From NCBI GenBank assembly GCA_037140955.1, contig JBAXDL010000001.1, positions 15,129-79,128 of the forward strand: 64,000 nucleotides of DNA, given 5' to 3'. Made by a program: the position numbers and the translations under genes. This document shows, piece after piece, positions 29,195-38,792 of this stretch. Position 1 is the stretch's first letter, and each line of letters begins with the position of its first letter. Source of the stretch: a bacterium. Lineage in GTDB: Bacteria; Patescibacteriota; Minisyncoccia; Moranbacterales; GWC2-37-73. The notes beneath the pieces are model-generated. The model saw nothing but the letters and a program-made list of their open reading frames with translations. It was not told the DNA's origin and ran no database searches.

Positions 29195-29230
29195 AAAAAA
29201 AGCACTTCGACGAATCAAAGTGCTTTTTAT
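29195..29230 (-). terminator. rho-independent terminator after CDS 29249-29989
   Basis: AAGCACTT-cgacgaatca-AAGTGCTT with T-run on minus strand. Confidence 0.5.
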
Positions 29231-29248
29231 TCTACACAAATTCCATAA

Positions 29249-29989
29249 CTATCCCACGATTTTTTCAAAATATAATGCCACAGTTGCAATCCATCCAGGC
29301 GCACCAGGATCTCCAAGGCAACTCTTTCCACATTTCCAAGTATCAACCATGCGAGCAGGCGTATCTCGCTCCTTATTCACCAAAACTTCAATCCTGTCAC
29401 CAACAACCCGAATAGCTTCTTCCGCATTAGAAAAACAAGCATAACCCATTCCAACACCCCTGCCACCCTCTCCCTTGTATCCCCAATAATTATAACAAGT
29501 TTTTCCATCCTTTGAGGGAGAAGCCAAGCCAAAACTACTTTCCTTTTTTGCGATACCAACTAGAAAGGCCGCCACCTTTTGATCTCTCCTTGAAATAAAA
29601 GGCACCATTTCTGCAATGGGAGTTTCGCCCACTATCGCATACAGCTTATCTGCAAATTGTCCAGAATTAATTCCCCCATCATTTCTAACTTGAACTTGCA
29701 AGTTGCTAGCAAGTAATGCCAATTGTACATCACTATCATTAGCAGCTGTAAAAAAATTTTCTTTTTCTTCAAATATTGGCGATGCCACCTTTACAATCTT
29801 TTTCTCACCAGTATAGGCATGAGCATATGAGACTGTTTGACTATCCCAAATATTAGAAAGAACAGCAAAGAAAATCAATATGCCAACAAAAAAAAGAAGA
29901 TTGCTTTTTTTGATTGCATTTTTCAATTGCAAGATGTTTGCCTTGAAATTTGGCACTGATCTAAGTTTAAACCACGAGGGTTTACGCAT
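29249..29989 (-). CDS. membrane-anchored extracytoplasmic protein, ESxWG/CYNYWG family (paralog 1; putative lysozyme-like/peptidoglycan-acting)
   Basis: Signal-anchor TM, then conserved C-terminal about 120 aa: KKESSFG...TCYNYWGY...CF...WKCGKSC with four conserved Cys; shared with 30228-31262 and 45628-46275. Confidence 0.5.
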   Translation of the reverse strand: MRKPSWFKLRSVPNFKANILQLKNAIKKSNLLFFVGILIFFAVLSNIWDSQTVSYAHAYTGEKKIVKVASPIFEEKENFFTAANDSDVQLALLASNLQVQVRNDGGINSGQFADKLYAIVGETPIAEMVPFISRRDQKVAAFLVGIAKKESSFGLASPSKDGKTCYNYWGYKGEGGRGVGMGYACFSNAEEAIRVVGDRIEVLVNKERDTPARMVDTWKCGKSCLGDPGAPGWIATVALYFEKIVG

Positions 29990-30149
29990 AAGTTATTTTT
30001 AACAATTTAATGGTCATCCTGGGCAATAGCCCTTAGTGACGCAGATCTTATACTACCAAAAATAACCTATGCGGTCAAGCAAGTTATCCACATTTTTAAA
30101 AATAAAATATGAAAAAATATGGCTTAAATAAGCCATATTTAAATAAAAA

Positions 30150-30184
30150 AAAGCAAAAAACCCTCCATTCTAAAGGGTTTTTTA
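30150..30184 (-). terminator. rho-independent terminator after CDS 30228-31262
   Basis: AAACCCT-ccattcta-AAGGGTTT followed by T-run on minus strand. Confidence 0.5.
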
Positions 30185-30227
30185 AGTGAAAACTTGCAAA
30201 ATATAGCTATTTATTGGATAATATCGT

Positions 30228-31262
30228 TTAATTTTTTTTAGTAAATTCTTCAAAAATTCCATTCACATCCTTCACCCATTTGTTGGCAGCAGCTTGACCA
30301 CCGGTAGCACTGCAACTTGATCCACATTTCCAAATAACCATCTTTGAAGGAGTGTCCTTGCCATTTTCATTCACCAAAGTATTGATTCTTTTTCCAATAG
30401 TTTCCACTGCATCCTTAGGACTATTAAAGCAAGTATGCCCACCAGTTCCCATAAGCTTTCGCTGACCACGATAGCCCCAATAATTATAACAGTCCTGACC
30501 ATTAAGCACTGGCACGTGTTGCCCCCAACCACTTTCCTTCCTTGCAATTGCCACAATAAAGGCCGCCACCGTCCGATCCTGTTGTGCGATATATGGAACC
30601 ATTTTTTCTATAGGATAGCCCTTCACCATTTCTCTTATTTCAACTTCAAGTGATTCTTTGCTTTGAGCCTTTTCAATGTCCATAACCTGCTTAGCAAAAG
30701 ATTCAGCATCATCCTTGGTGTCAGCAACTAGAGCTGCTTGAGGAGCAATCTGCTGCTCCACTGCGACACCAGCATCTATTTGTTTGGCAGAAGCACCTTG
30801 TCCAAGATAACGATACACAAAAGTCATCATCACCATTCCAAATAAAATAGATCCAATAATCGAAGCATTCCAAAGTCTAGCAGTTGAAAACTGTCCAAGA
30901 AAACTTCTTGTCATTTCACCACTAGCATCATTGAATTTCTCATATCTTCTTTCGAGTGCCTCCAGGAGCAAGCTAGTTTCACTTTGACGCTGCCAAACAA
31001 AATCATTGACAACTTTTGAACTCAAACTGTCCCACTTGTTGAAACGACGATCAAGCTTAACGCCTTTTTGCATTAAACGCTGCTCGCGAGGAGTGATATA
31101 TAATTTAGAATCCTCCGTAAAAAAGCTATTAGTTTTCTTGCCTCTTGAAAAAAGCGTAGAGCTATCTTTTTTTGTTGCAGTCAAAAAAGAAACAACTTCT
31201 GGTCGTTTTTTACCAACTGCTAAATCTATATATTTTTTTTGTTTTTTTATCTTTTGTAACAT
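30228..31262 (-). CDS. membrane-anchored extracytoplasmic protein, ESxWG/CYNYWG family (paralog 2)
   Basis: RKESGWG...DCYNYWGY...GGHTCF...WKCGSSC; longer cytoplasmic N-terminus and TM at about aa 125-147; start placed at first ATG (track ORF begins GTG 31268). Confidence 0.5.
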   Translation of the reverse strand: MLQKIKKQKKYIDLAVGKKRPEVVSFLTATKKDSSTLFSRGKKTNSFFTEDSKLYITPREQRLMQKGVKLDRRFNKWDSLSSKVVNDFVWQRQSETSLLLEALERRYEKFNDASGEMTRSFLGQFSTARLWNASIIGSILFGMVMMTFVYRYLGQGASAKQIDAGVAVEQQIAPQAALVADTKDDAESFAKQVMDIEKAQSKESLEVEIREMVKGYPIEKMVPYIAQQDRTVAAFIVAIARKESGWGQHVPVLNGQDCYNYWGYRGQRKLMGTGGHTCFNSPKDAVETIGKRINTLVNENGKDTPSKMVIWKCGSSCSATGGQAAANKWVKDVNGIFEEFTKKN

Positions 31263-31317
31263 CAACACTTTTATATCAAAATAAATACTAATTTCCCAAT
31301 ACCATAAAAGTATAGCA

Positions 31318-32169
31318 CTATTTTATCTTTTTTGAAACAAACAGAAAAATACCAACAGCAAAAGACACACAAGAAAGCAATTGTCCCATAGTAAAATAAT
31401 TCCAAAACAAACCCAACTGCAAATCAGGCTCTCTTAATTGCTCAATACAAAATCTAACCAAAGAATATCCCAGTAAATAAAGACCCAGCAATGCACCATT
31501 TTTTAATTTCTTGTTGCGAATGCTCCAAAGCAAAAGAAAGAATACTATGCCCTCAAAAAAAGCTTCATACAGCTGGGAAGGGTGTCGCAAAAAATTTTCA
31601 TCGGCAAGAAAATACATCCCAATATTTAATTCAGTAACTCGTCCATACAGTTCGCCATTTAAAAAATTTCCAATCCTGCCAAAAAAATACCCAGCCGGAA
31701 GTGCAACCACAACAAAATCAGCCCAAGCAAGGAAATTAATTTTTTTTATTTTTGCATAAAAAAATGTCGCCAAAGTTGCTCCGACAAGTGCCCCAAAATA
31801 ACTCATACCAAAAATACCAACAAACTCGCCACTGTTCTGATCAAAAGGAGAAAAAATTGCCAAAGGATGAGACAAAAAATATAAAAAATCATAAAACAAA
31901 ACATAGCCAAGTCTGCCACCCAAAATCCCCACAAAAAAAATTACCAGCAAGTAATCTAACAATAAATTTTTCATCTCAGCTGGCTTTGGACTTTGAATTT
32001 TTGATTCCAAAAATATCAATTCGCCTTTTTTAATTCTCCAAAGTAGCAATTTATACACCACAAAAAATCCTATCAAATATGAAAGCCCGTACCACCTAAT
32101 AGCAAAAGGTCCAATCGTAAAAGCAATTGGACTTAGATGCGAAGGTAAATATTGATAAAAATCAAGCAT
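31318..32169 (-). CDS. lgt: prolipoprotein diacylglyceryl transferase
   Basis: IGPFAIRWYGLSY and GRIGNFLNGELYG Lgt signatures. Confidence 0.85.
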   Translation of the reverse strand: MLDFYQYLPSHLSPIAFTIGPFAIRWYGLSYLIGFFVVYKLLLWRIKKGELIFLESKIQSPKPAEMKNLLLDYLLVIFFVGILGGRLGYVLFYDFLYFLSHPLAIFSPFDQNSGEFVGIFGMSYFGALVGATLATFFYAKIKKINFLAWADFVVVALPAGYFFGRIGNFLNGELYGRVTELNIGMYFLADENFLRHPSQLYEAFFEGIVFFLLLWSIRNKKLKNGALLGLYLLGYSLVRFCIEQLREPDLQLGLFWNYFTMGQLLSCVSFAVGIFLFVSKKIK

Positions 32170-33226
32170 TATATTTCCTTAATTGTTTTTTGAATTCAAC
32201 CTCGTAAATATCCCAAAGTGCAATAAAGAGTGCCACAATAATTGGTCCAATAATAAATCCAAGAAATCCAATCATGCTAATGCCGCCAAGTGTTGCAAAA
32301 AAGACCAACAAAGGATGCATCTGCGTGTCCTTACCAACTAACTTAGGCTTAAGAAAATTATCAATAGTAGAGATTATTCCCATGCCCACAGCCAAAATCG
32401 TCACGCCCTGCCAAATATGTCCCAGGCTTAGCATAATAATCCCAGCCGGAAGCCAAACAAGACCGGTGCCAAACATCGGAATTAAAGACAAAAACACCAT
32501 AACAACACCCCAAACAATAGCTGATGGCACGCCCACAATAGTAAACAAAATTGCACCAATAGTACCTTGAATAAAACCAATGACCAATGTCCCTTTGATT
32601 GTTGCTCTACTCATTGAAATGAACTTTTCAATCAGAATTTTTTCATGAGCATCCTTAAGTGGACTAAGCAGCATAATTTTGCTGACCAACTTTTTTCCAC
32701 TAATCAAGAAATAATACAAAGTAAAAAACATCACCAAACTCAAAAACAAAAAGTTTGCGATGCTCTGATAAGTTTTTTGAAAAATAACAATCGCACCTTG
32801 ACCAAGCTGAGAAACTGATTTGGCAACACTTTCCTTATTAATCAAATTATCCACGCCAAGTGACCTCAGAAGTGGATTAGAATTAACATTTAAGGTTAGA
32901 TTATCAAAATATTTTTGCCCAGAAAAACCTTGCTCAACACTAACTTTTTGATACAGTGTTGTTATTTCATTAACAACCAACCCAACTACTCCAAAAAATA
33001 ATCCAACAAAAATGACAATACCAAAAATGGCCGTCAGGAAAGCACTGACTCTTTCCCGCTCGCCTGTTATTTTCAAAAAAAATTTAAAAGGCTTTTGAAA
33101 AATAACAGCAAAGATTGCTGCCAGAATAATCGCGATGAAAAATGGCTGGAAAATAAAGAAGGTTACAACACTAACTCCAATCAAAACCAAGAAAAAGAAA
33201 TTGACATTGAAATTTTTTAATTCCAT
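32162..33226 (-). CDS. AI-2E family transporter (second copy)
   Basis: 354 aa multi-TM permease with AI-2E-like architecture; 8-nt overlap with lgt. Confidence 0.65.
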   Translation of the reverse strand: MELKNFNVNFFFLVLIGVSVVTFFIFQPFFIAIILAAIFAVIFQKPFKFFLKITGERERVSAFLTAIFGIVIFVGLFFGVVGLVVNEITTLYQKVSVEQGFSGQKYFDNLTLNVNSNPLLRSLGVDNLINKESVAKSVSQLGQGAIVIFQKTYQSIANFLFLSLVMFFTLYYFLISGKKLVSKIMLLSPLKDAHEKILIEKFISMSRATIKGTLVIGFIQGTIGAILFTIVGVPSAIVWGVVMVFLSLIPMFGTGLVWLPAGIIMLSLGHIWQGVTILAVGMGIISTIDNFLKPKLVGKDTQMHPLLVFFATLGGISMIGFLGFIIGPIIVALFIALWDIYEVEFKKQLRKYNA

Positions 33227-33326
33227 AAATATATTTTAATAATGAAATATCTCAGCTATTTGCCTTAACGCATTAATTTGCTAGAATTATAACACGTGTC
33301 ACTATTTTTTCAAATTAAATTATCAT

Positions 33327-34034
33327 ATGTTGGAATTTCAAGAATCACATCGTCATAGAATCATCGTCACTGCTGATGACTTTGGCATTAGTCCTCGGGC
33401 CAATAGAAACATCCTATACCTCATCGAACTTGGAAAGATAAACCGAGTAGCTATCATGACAGAAGGCGCAATTAGTCCAAAAGAAATTGATCAATTGTCT
33501 CGTAGTGGAGTGAAATTAGACATTCACCTCGACATTTTGCATCAATTTGGCGATCAGAGAAAAAAAAGGCAAAGTGCGATCTTGCGCGTGCTTGGCTTTT
33601 TGGGGAAAATATTGTCGGGAAAATTAATGCCAAAAAATGTTTACAGGCAATGGTCAGCGCAAATTGAAAAATTTCATACAATTTTTGGGAAATATCCAGA
33701 TGGAATAAACTCGCACGAACATGTGCATTTTTTTCCCTTCTTTTTTTCAATAGCCTTGCAATTACAAAAAAAATACAACATTCCATACATCAGATTTGGT
33801 GACAGCTTAAAGATCAAGCACCATGTGATCGTGGCCTATATCATCCATTTCATGCGAATCCTTGATATCAGAGCTTGTGCCAAAAATGGCTGCATCTCTT
33901 CGAGCTTTTTGGTTAGTCTTGATTGGATCAAAAATATTGACAAATTCCTAAACAATCCTCCAGAAGGAACCATTGAAATTGCTTGCCACCCCGAATTGGC
34001 TGAAGATTTTGTGAAAGTGAAAAAATATTTTTAA
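33327..34034 (+). CDS. ChbG/HpnK (YdjC-like) carbohydrate deacetylase family protein
   Basis: IIVTADDFGISPRANRNI N-terminal motif and later His-rich metal site typical of YdjC family. Confidence 0.65.
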   Translation: MLEFQESHRHRIIVTADDFGISPRANRNILYLIELGKINRVAIMTEGAISPKEIDQLSRSGVKLDIHLDILHQFGDQRKKRQSAILRVLGFLGKILSGKLMPKNVYRQWSAQIEKFHTIFGKYPDGINSHEHVHFFPFFFSIALQLQKKYNIPYIRFGDSLKIKHHVIVAYIIHFMRILDIRACAKNGCISSSFLVSLDWIKNIDKFLNNPPEGTIEIACHPELAEDFVKVKKYF

Positions 34035-34642
34035 ACTTTTTTTGAAAAAATTTTAAGCAGCATCCCAACAATTAAAACAGAAGAAAAAAGCAAAACATTA
34101 CGCACAATTTCAACCTCTGCAATCAGGGTTATTATTTTTCTGTGCGAATAAAAAGCCATTAAGATAAAAAGCACAGAATGAATCATTGTTGCCAGTGCGT
34201 TATAAAGAAAAAACTTTTTCCAATTTGAGCCAAGCGTGCCAAGCACCACCGGTCCAAAAAAACGCACACCAGTGATGAGCCTCAAAAAGAATATTGTTTT
34301 TCCGGGATTGTCCGAAACCAAGTGCTCATATTGAATAAGTTTGCTGACTCGCATTTTCCTATTAAAACGCTCAACAAATTTATTTCCAAAAAAACTCAAA
34401 CGATACATGATATTATCACCCACAATTCCACCGCTAATGCTCGCCAGCAGCGCAAATCCAAGATCAATTCCAGCAGTTTTTGCCAAAAATCCAATCAGCA
34501 ACAGCAGCACAACTTCAGGAAATGGGATGACATAACTTACCAACATTGAAAGCAAGAAAATTCCAAAATAAGAACCACCTTTAATGGAGTTTAAAATAAA
34601 ACCAAATTCATGGAAATGATTTTGAAAATGTGGATCAATCAT
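34031..34642 (-). CDS. DedA family membrane protein (VTT domain)
   Basis: GGIVGDNIMYRLSFFG VTT signature between TM helices. Confidence 0.7.
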   Translation of the reverse strand: MIDPHFQNHFHEFGFILNSIKGGSYFGIFLLSMLVSYVIPFPEVVLLLLIGFLAKTAGIDLGFALLASISGGIVGDNIMYRLSFFGNKFVERFNRKMRVSKLIQYEHLVSDNPGKTIFFLRLITGVRFFGPVVLGTLGSNWKKFFLYNALATMIHSVLFILMAFYSHRKIITLIAEVEIVRNVLLFSSVLIVGMLLKIFSKKV

Positions 34643-34648
34643 GCAGCT

Positions 34649-35134
34649 TTATTTGCTTAAGTTTATCACTGCCCCATTTTCTGCCAATGGCGCACTAACC
34701 CGGATTCTGCCATTAGAAAGTTTTGCGATTTGATAGCCCGAAGAGTTTGCATCCTTTTCCTGCGGATCAACCGGAACCTCTGAAAGCAAATATTTTTTAT
34801 TATTAATAATTTCAGAAATATCAATCAGATTTTCGCAAGAAGCTGCCTTGCTTTTGCAAATAGCCACCGACTCACTTGTCAAATTTTTTGGCAAATTTCC
34901 ACCATTATCAAGCGAATATTGATAAACTGAATTCAAAATGTTCACAACATCACTTCTTCTTTGAGAATTACGCATCTCTAAAAGCTTTTTGGCTGGATTA
35001 ATCCAGAAAACAACCCCACCAAGGATGACAAACAATACCACGGCAAAAAGTATCCGTTGCCAGATGCTGGTATTTTTCACAAAAAGTTTACATTTTTCCA
35101 AATAATGTTCAAATTCCATAATATTTTTCATCAA
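34649..35134 (-). CDS. hypothetical membrane-anchored protein, pilin/pseudopilin-like
   Basis: Single N-terminal TM then RNSQRRSDVVNILNSVYQYSLDNGGNLP, resembling the post-helix region of type IV pilins; no canonical prepilin cleavage motif. Confidence 0.35.
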   Translation of the reverse strand: MMKNIMEFEHYLEKCKLFVKNTSIWQRILFAVVLFVILGGVVFWINPAKKLLEMRNSQRRSDVVNILNSVYQYSLDNGGNLPKNLTSESVAICKSKAASCENLIDISEIINNKKYLLSEVPVDPQEKDANSSGYQIAKLSNGRIRVSAPLAENGAVINLSK

Positions 35135-35417
35135 ATCTTACATTTAAGAGTATACCATTTTTTTCTAAGAAAAAACAATATTCAATCAACCCCAACGCTA
35201 TACATTTTCAGGCAAGTATTGTTTTTTTACGGCTTCCGTGTGAGCAAAGCGAACGAAAGGCAATCAAAAAAATAATACTTGCTTGATGGCACAAAATAGT
35301 AACATTGTAAATTAAAATGAATTAAAATAAAATTAGCTGCGTATTCATTTAGGTGCTCGAGCCAATAAAAAAACAATTTGGCTCAAGCAAAGCATTAATT
35401 TTTAAAAAACAAATAAT

Positions 35418-35834
35418 ATGAAAAAAAATGTACGCAACGCTCTTGCAATATCAGGTCTTGCTCTTGCAATTGGAGCTTCTGGCCTAACTCTAACAGCCAG
35501 TGCCAATACGGCAGCATCAAGGGATACTAAAATTGAAAGACATCAAAGTCTGACAAAAATTGCACGAGTGAAAAAAACTGAGAACATCAAAGATGCCATT
35601 CATCGGCGAACCTTTGCTGGAGTTGCCAGCAACATTTCAGCCAATTCACTGACAATCACCAGAGGTGCAAAGACTTTCACAGTAACAACCACTGATGCAA
35701 CCAGAATTCTAAATCGAAATTGGACAGCCATAAAGCTTTCAGACATTAAAGATGACGACAAAGTCCGCGTACAAGGAACACTAACCGACACAACAATCGC
35801 AGCTAGCACCCTGCGCGATATAACAATCAAATAG
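35418..35834 (+). CDS. secreted hypothetical protein
   Basis: Signal peptide MKKNVRNALAISGLALAIGASGLTLTASA; T/A-rich mature region. Confidence 0.5.
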   Translation: MKKNVRNALAISGLALAIGASGLTLTASANTAASRDTKIERHQSLTKIARVKKTENIKDAIHRRTFAGVASNISANSLTITRGAKTFTVTTTDATRILNRNWTAIKLSDIKDDDKVRVQGTLTDTTIAASTLRDITIK

Positions 35835-35850
35835 TTAAACATAGGCACAA

Positions 35851-35879
35851 AAAAATCCCGACCAAAATCGGGATTTTTT
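35851..35879. terminator. bidirectional terminator between convergent genes
   Basis: AAAAAATCCCGA-ccaaaa-TCGGGATTTTTT. Confidence 0.6.
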
Positions 35880-35905
35880 ATATTTTGAATATTGTATTTT
35901 GTAGT

Positions 35906-37696
35906 TTATTTCTTTCCTCCTCTTGCAGCTTTCACGCGATCACCTTCGCTCAAGAATTGTTTTCGAAGACGAACTGAATGCGGAGTAACTTCAAGATATT
36001 CGTCGCCATTGATGATTTCCAAACCTCTTTCAATTGAAAGTGTTAGTGGTGGAGTCAAATTGATGGCATCATCAGTTCCAGAAGAACGCATGTTGGTAAG
36101 TTGTTTTCCTTTGATTGGATTTACTGCCATATCAAGACCCTTAGAAGAGTTTCCAATAACCATTCCTTCATACACTTCAGTTGCAGGAGCAATGTAAAGT
36201 GAACCTCGTTCTTGCAAGTTTGCCAATGAGAATCCAAGAGCTTTTCCACCAATCATAGAAACCATTGAGCCAACTTCACGACGCTTGATTTCTCCGGCAT
36301 ATGGCTTGAAGCCAATCACGCGAGATGAAAAAATTCCTTCACCTTTAGTGTCAACCACAAATTGTCCACGGAATCCCAAAATTCCTCGTGTTGGAACATC
36401 AAACAAAAGTCGAGTTTGAGACCCATGCACTTGCATGTCAGACATGATTCCTTTTCTCTTGCCCATTGATTCAATCACACCTCCAGCCAATTCGCTTGGC
36501 ACATCAATAGTGGCCTCTTCAAATGGTTCTGATTTAACTCCATCAATTTCTTTAATAATAACGTGTGGTTGTGAAACTTGCATTTCATATCCTTCACGTC
36601 TCATGTTTTCCAAAAGCACTGCAATGTGCAATTCTCCTCGTCCAAACACTGTGTAATATTCTGAAGTTGAAAAATCAATCTTAAGCCCAACATTAACTTC
36701 CAATTCTTTTTCAAGTCTTTCTCTGATCTGTTTGTTTGTCACAAACTTTCCTTCGCGTCCTGCAAAAGGAGAATCATTAACCATAAAGCGAAGAGAAATT
36801 GTTGGTTCATCAATAGTAATCGCAGGAAGAGCTTCTTGCGCTTCTGTTTCGCAGATAGTTTCACCAATGTCAATCTTAGGAAAACCTGCCACCATCACAA
36901 TGTCACCAGCATAAGCTTCTTGCACCTCATCACGAACAGTTCCTTTGAAAGTATAAAGTTTTGTAATACGAGATTTTTCAATTGTTCCATCAGTTTTTTT
37001 CAAGATATAACTTCCTCCCATTTTTATTGTTCCTTCATGAATACGACCAACAGCAAGACGTCCCAAAAAGTTGTCATATCCAAGATTAAAAGGTTGCATG
37101 CGAAGTTCAGCAGCGGCATCAGCCTTGGCAGGATGCACTTTCAACAAAATCATATCCAATAGTGGTTCAAGATTTGTTGATTCATCGCTCAAGTGTTCCT
37201 TGGCAATTCCCTCACGTCCAATTGCATACATCGTGGTGAAATCCAATTGTTCATCGGTTGCTCCAAGATCCATGAAAAGCTCATACACTTGCTCTTGTAC
37301 CAAATCAGGATCAGCAGCTGGCTTGTCTATTTTGTTAATAACCACAATAGGTTTCAGACCAAGCTCCAAGGATTTCTTAAGCACAAATCTGGTTTGTGGC
37401 ATTGGACCTTCTTGTGCATCGACAATCAAAAGCACGCTATCAATTGAGCGAAGCACGCGTTCAACTTCTGATCCAAAATCAGCATGTCCAGGTGTGTCCA
37501 CAATATTAATTTTTGTATCACGATAAAAAATGGAAGTATTTTTAGCATAAATAGTAATTCCACGCTCTTGTTCAAGTGCATTATTGTCCATACTTATTCC
37601 CTCTTCCACCATTCCAGTTTGACGCATGATTGCATCAGTCAAGGTTGTTTTGCCATGATCCACATGGGCGATGATTGCAATGTTTCGAATTTCCAT
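35906..37696 (-). CDS. typA: translational GTPase TypA/BipA
   Basis: G1 AHVDHGKTTL, G3 DTPGHADF, G4 NKID; EF-G-like domains; about 595 aa. Start at ATG 37696 (MEIRNIAII); a second in-frame ATG lies two codons upstream at 37702. Confidence 0.9.
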   Translation of the reverse strand: MEIRNIAIIAHVDHGKTTLTDAIMRQTGMVEEGISMDNNALEQERGITIYAKNTSIFYRDTKINIVDTPGHADFGSEVERVLRSIDSVLLIVDAQEGPMPQTRFVLKKSLELGLKPIVVINKIDKPAADPDLVQEQVYELFMDLGATDEQLDFTTMYAIGREGIAKEHLSDESTNLEPLLDMILLKVHPAKADAAAELRMQPFNLGYDNFLGRLAVGRIHEGTIKMGGSYILKKTDGTIEKSRITKLYTFKGTVRDEVQEAYAGDIVMVAGFPKIDIGETICETEAQEALPAITIDEPTISLRFMVNDSPFAGREGKFVTNKQIRERLEKELEVNVGLKIDFSTSEYYTVFGRGELHIAVLLENMRREGYEMQVSQPHVIIKEIDGVKSEPFEEATIDVPSELAGGVIESMGKRKGIMSDMQVHGSQTRLLFDVPTRGILGFRGQFVVDTKGEGIFSSRVIGFKPYAGEIKRREVGSMVSMIGGKALGFSLANLQERGSLYIAPATEVYEGMVIGNSSKGLDMAVNPIKGKQLTNMRSSGTDDAINLTPPLTLSIERGLEIINGDEYLEVTPHSVRLRKQFLSEGDRVKAARGGKK

Positions 37697-37925
37697 ACAC
37701 ATTAGTCAAAAGTCCATAAAGTCCATAAAGTTTGTAAAGCACATTTTTAAAAAATACGCATTAAAAATTTTAAAGACTTCCAGAACCTTCCATTTTTAAA
37801 ATAAATAAAAGCTGCCAATAGGCAGCAGAACCTCTAAAGCCATATAAATATAGCAACAAAGGCATAATTTGTCAAGAAAAAAGCCTTCTCACTATTTATA
37901 GCAAAAAGGCTTAAAAGTTTGCAAT

Positions 37926-38645
37926 TCATATCACCTCTCGAAAGGCCTTGATAACCTTATCCTTCAAGGTATTACCCAAAATCTCAGTGAAGATCTTAAT
38001 CAAGACCTCTAGCTGCTGACTATTAGCTTCAATGACCATGGCAGCTGCGACACTATTTTTAAACCATTTCACCTCGCCAACTTCGGAGCTCAAATCCATA
38101 AAGAGCCACTGTCCTGTATTTGGATCAAAAACAAAATTCGGATTTTTAGGATCTTTGGCATTTTCAATTGCAATAGTTCCCTCACCCAAAAGCACAAATG
38201 CATATTGCTTTTCCTCACCCTTTTTAACAGAAACTATGGGCAAGTTTTCCCAGACCTCAACTGTTATTTTTTCTTCACCCTGCGATTCTTCAACTGGAGC
38301 AGAAACCTCTTTTTTGACAGTAGGAAAAAATTCCACCGGCTCCAACCAGAGACTGTGAATGCACGCTTCTTTGTCACTCGAATCAAGAATAGTAGCGGTT
38401 AAATGGGGCCAAATCAGACAATTTTCACTGTGAGGAGTTTTGCCGCAAAAACATTTTTTCACAGAAATTCCTTTTTTAAGATCAAGAATCTCCAAAACAT
38501 CATCTTGGAGTTCCTCCCTGAATCGCATAAAACCTGGAGGCAAAGGACGATATCCAAGATCTTTTTTCATTCTTGCAGTTCTCCATGTTTTGACAAAATT
38601 CTCAAACTCCAAGGGATCAAAAACTTTTTCATGTTTTTCTTTCAT
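37926..38645 (-). CDS. hypothetical protein (Cys/His cluster CFCGKTPHSENC...WPH)
   Basis: 239-aa ORF with good coding character; no recognised domain. Confidence 0.45.
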   Translation of the reverse strand: MKEKHEKVFDPLEFENFVKTWRTARMKKDLGYRPLPPGFMRFREELQDDVLEILDLKKGISVKKCFCGKTPHSENCLIWPHLTATILDSSDKEACIHSLWLEPVEFFPTVKKEVSAPVEESQGEEKITVEVWENLPIVSVKKGEEKQYAFVLLGEGTIAIENAKDPKNPNFVFDPNTGQWLFMDLSSEVGEVKWFKNSVAAAMVIEANSQQLEVLIKIFTEILGNTLKDKVIKAFREVI

Positions 38646-38747
38646 GGTTATCTCTCCTTTTTTGTGGGATATCTTGCGATTGAAAACAATCAGTTGTTAA
38701 GCTACCAAAGTTTATTATTTAACCATATTCCAAGAAAAAATGCAAAC

Positions 38748-38782
38748 AAAAAAAACGTTCAAAAAAAATTGAACGTTTTTGT
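38748..38782 (-). terminator. rho-independent terminator after engB
   Basis: AACGTTCAA-aaaaaa-TTGAACGTT with flanking runs. Confidence 0.5.
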
Positions 38783-38792
38783 CAAGAATTTT

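Noticed and set aside
35135-35417. Looked for SRP RNA, RNase P RNA or 6S RNA in the longer gene-free spacers (also 54118-54419, 25211-25455)
   Set aside because: None of the conserved cores (SRP domain IV GGAA/AGCAG motif, RNase P P4 region) could be recognised by eye. These RNAs are presumably encoded outside this window.
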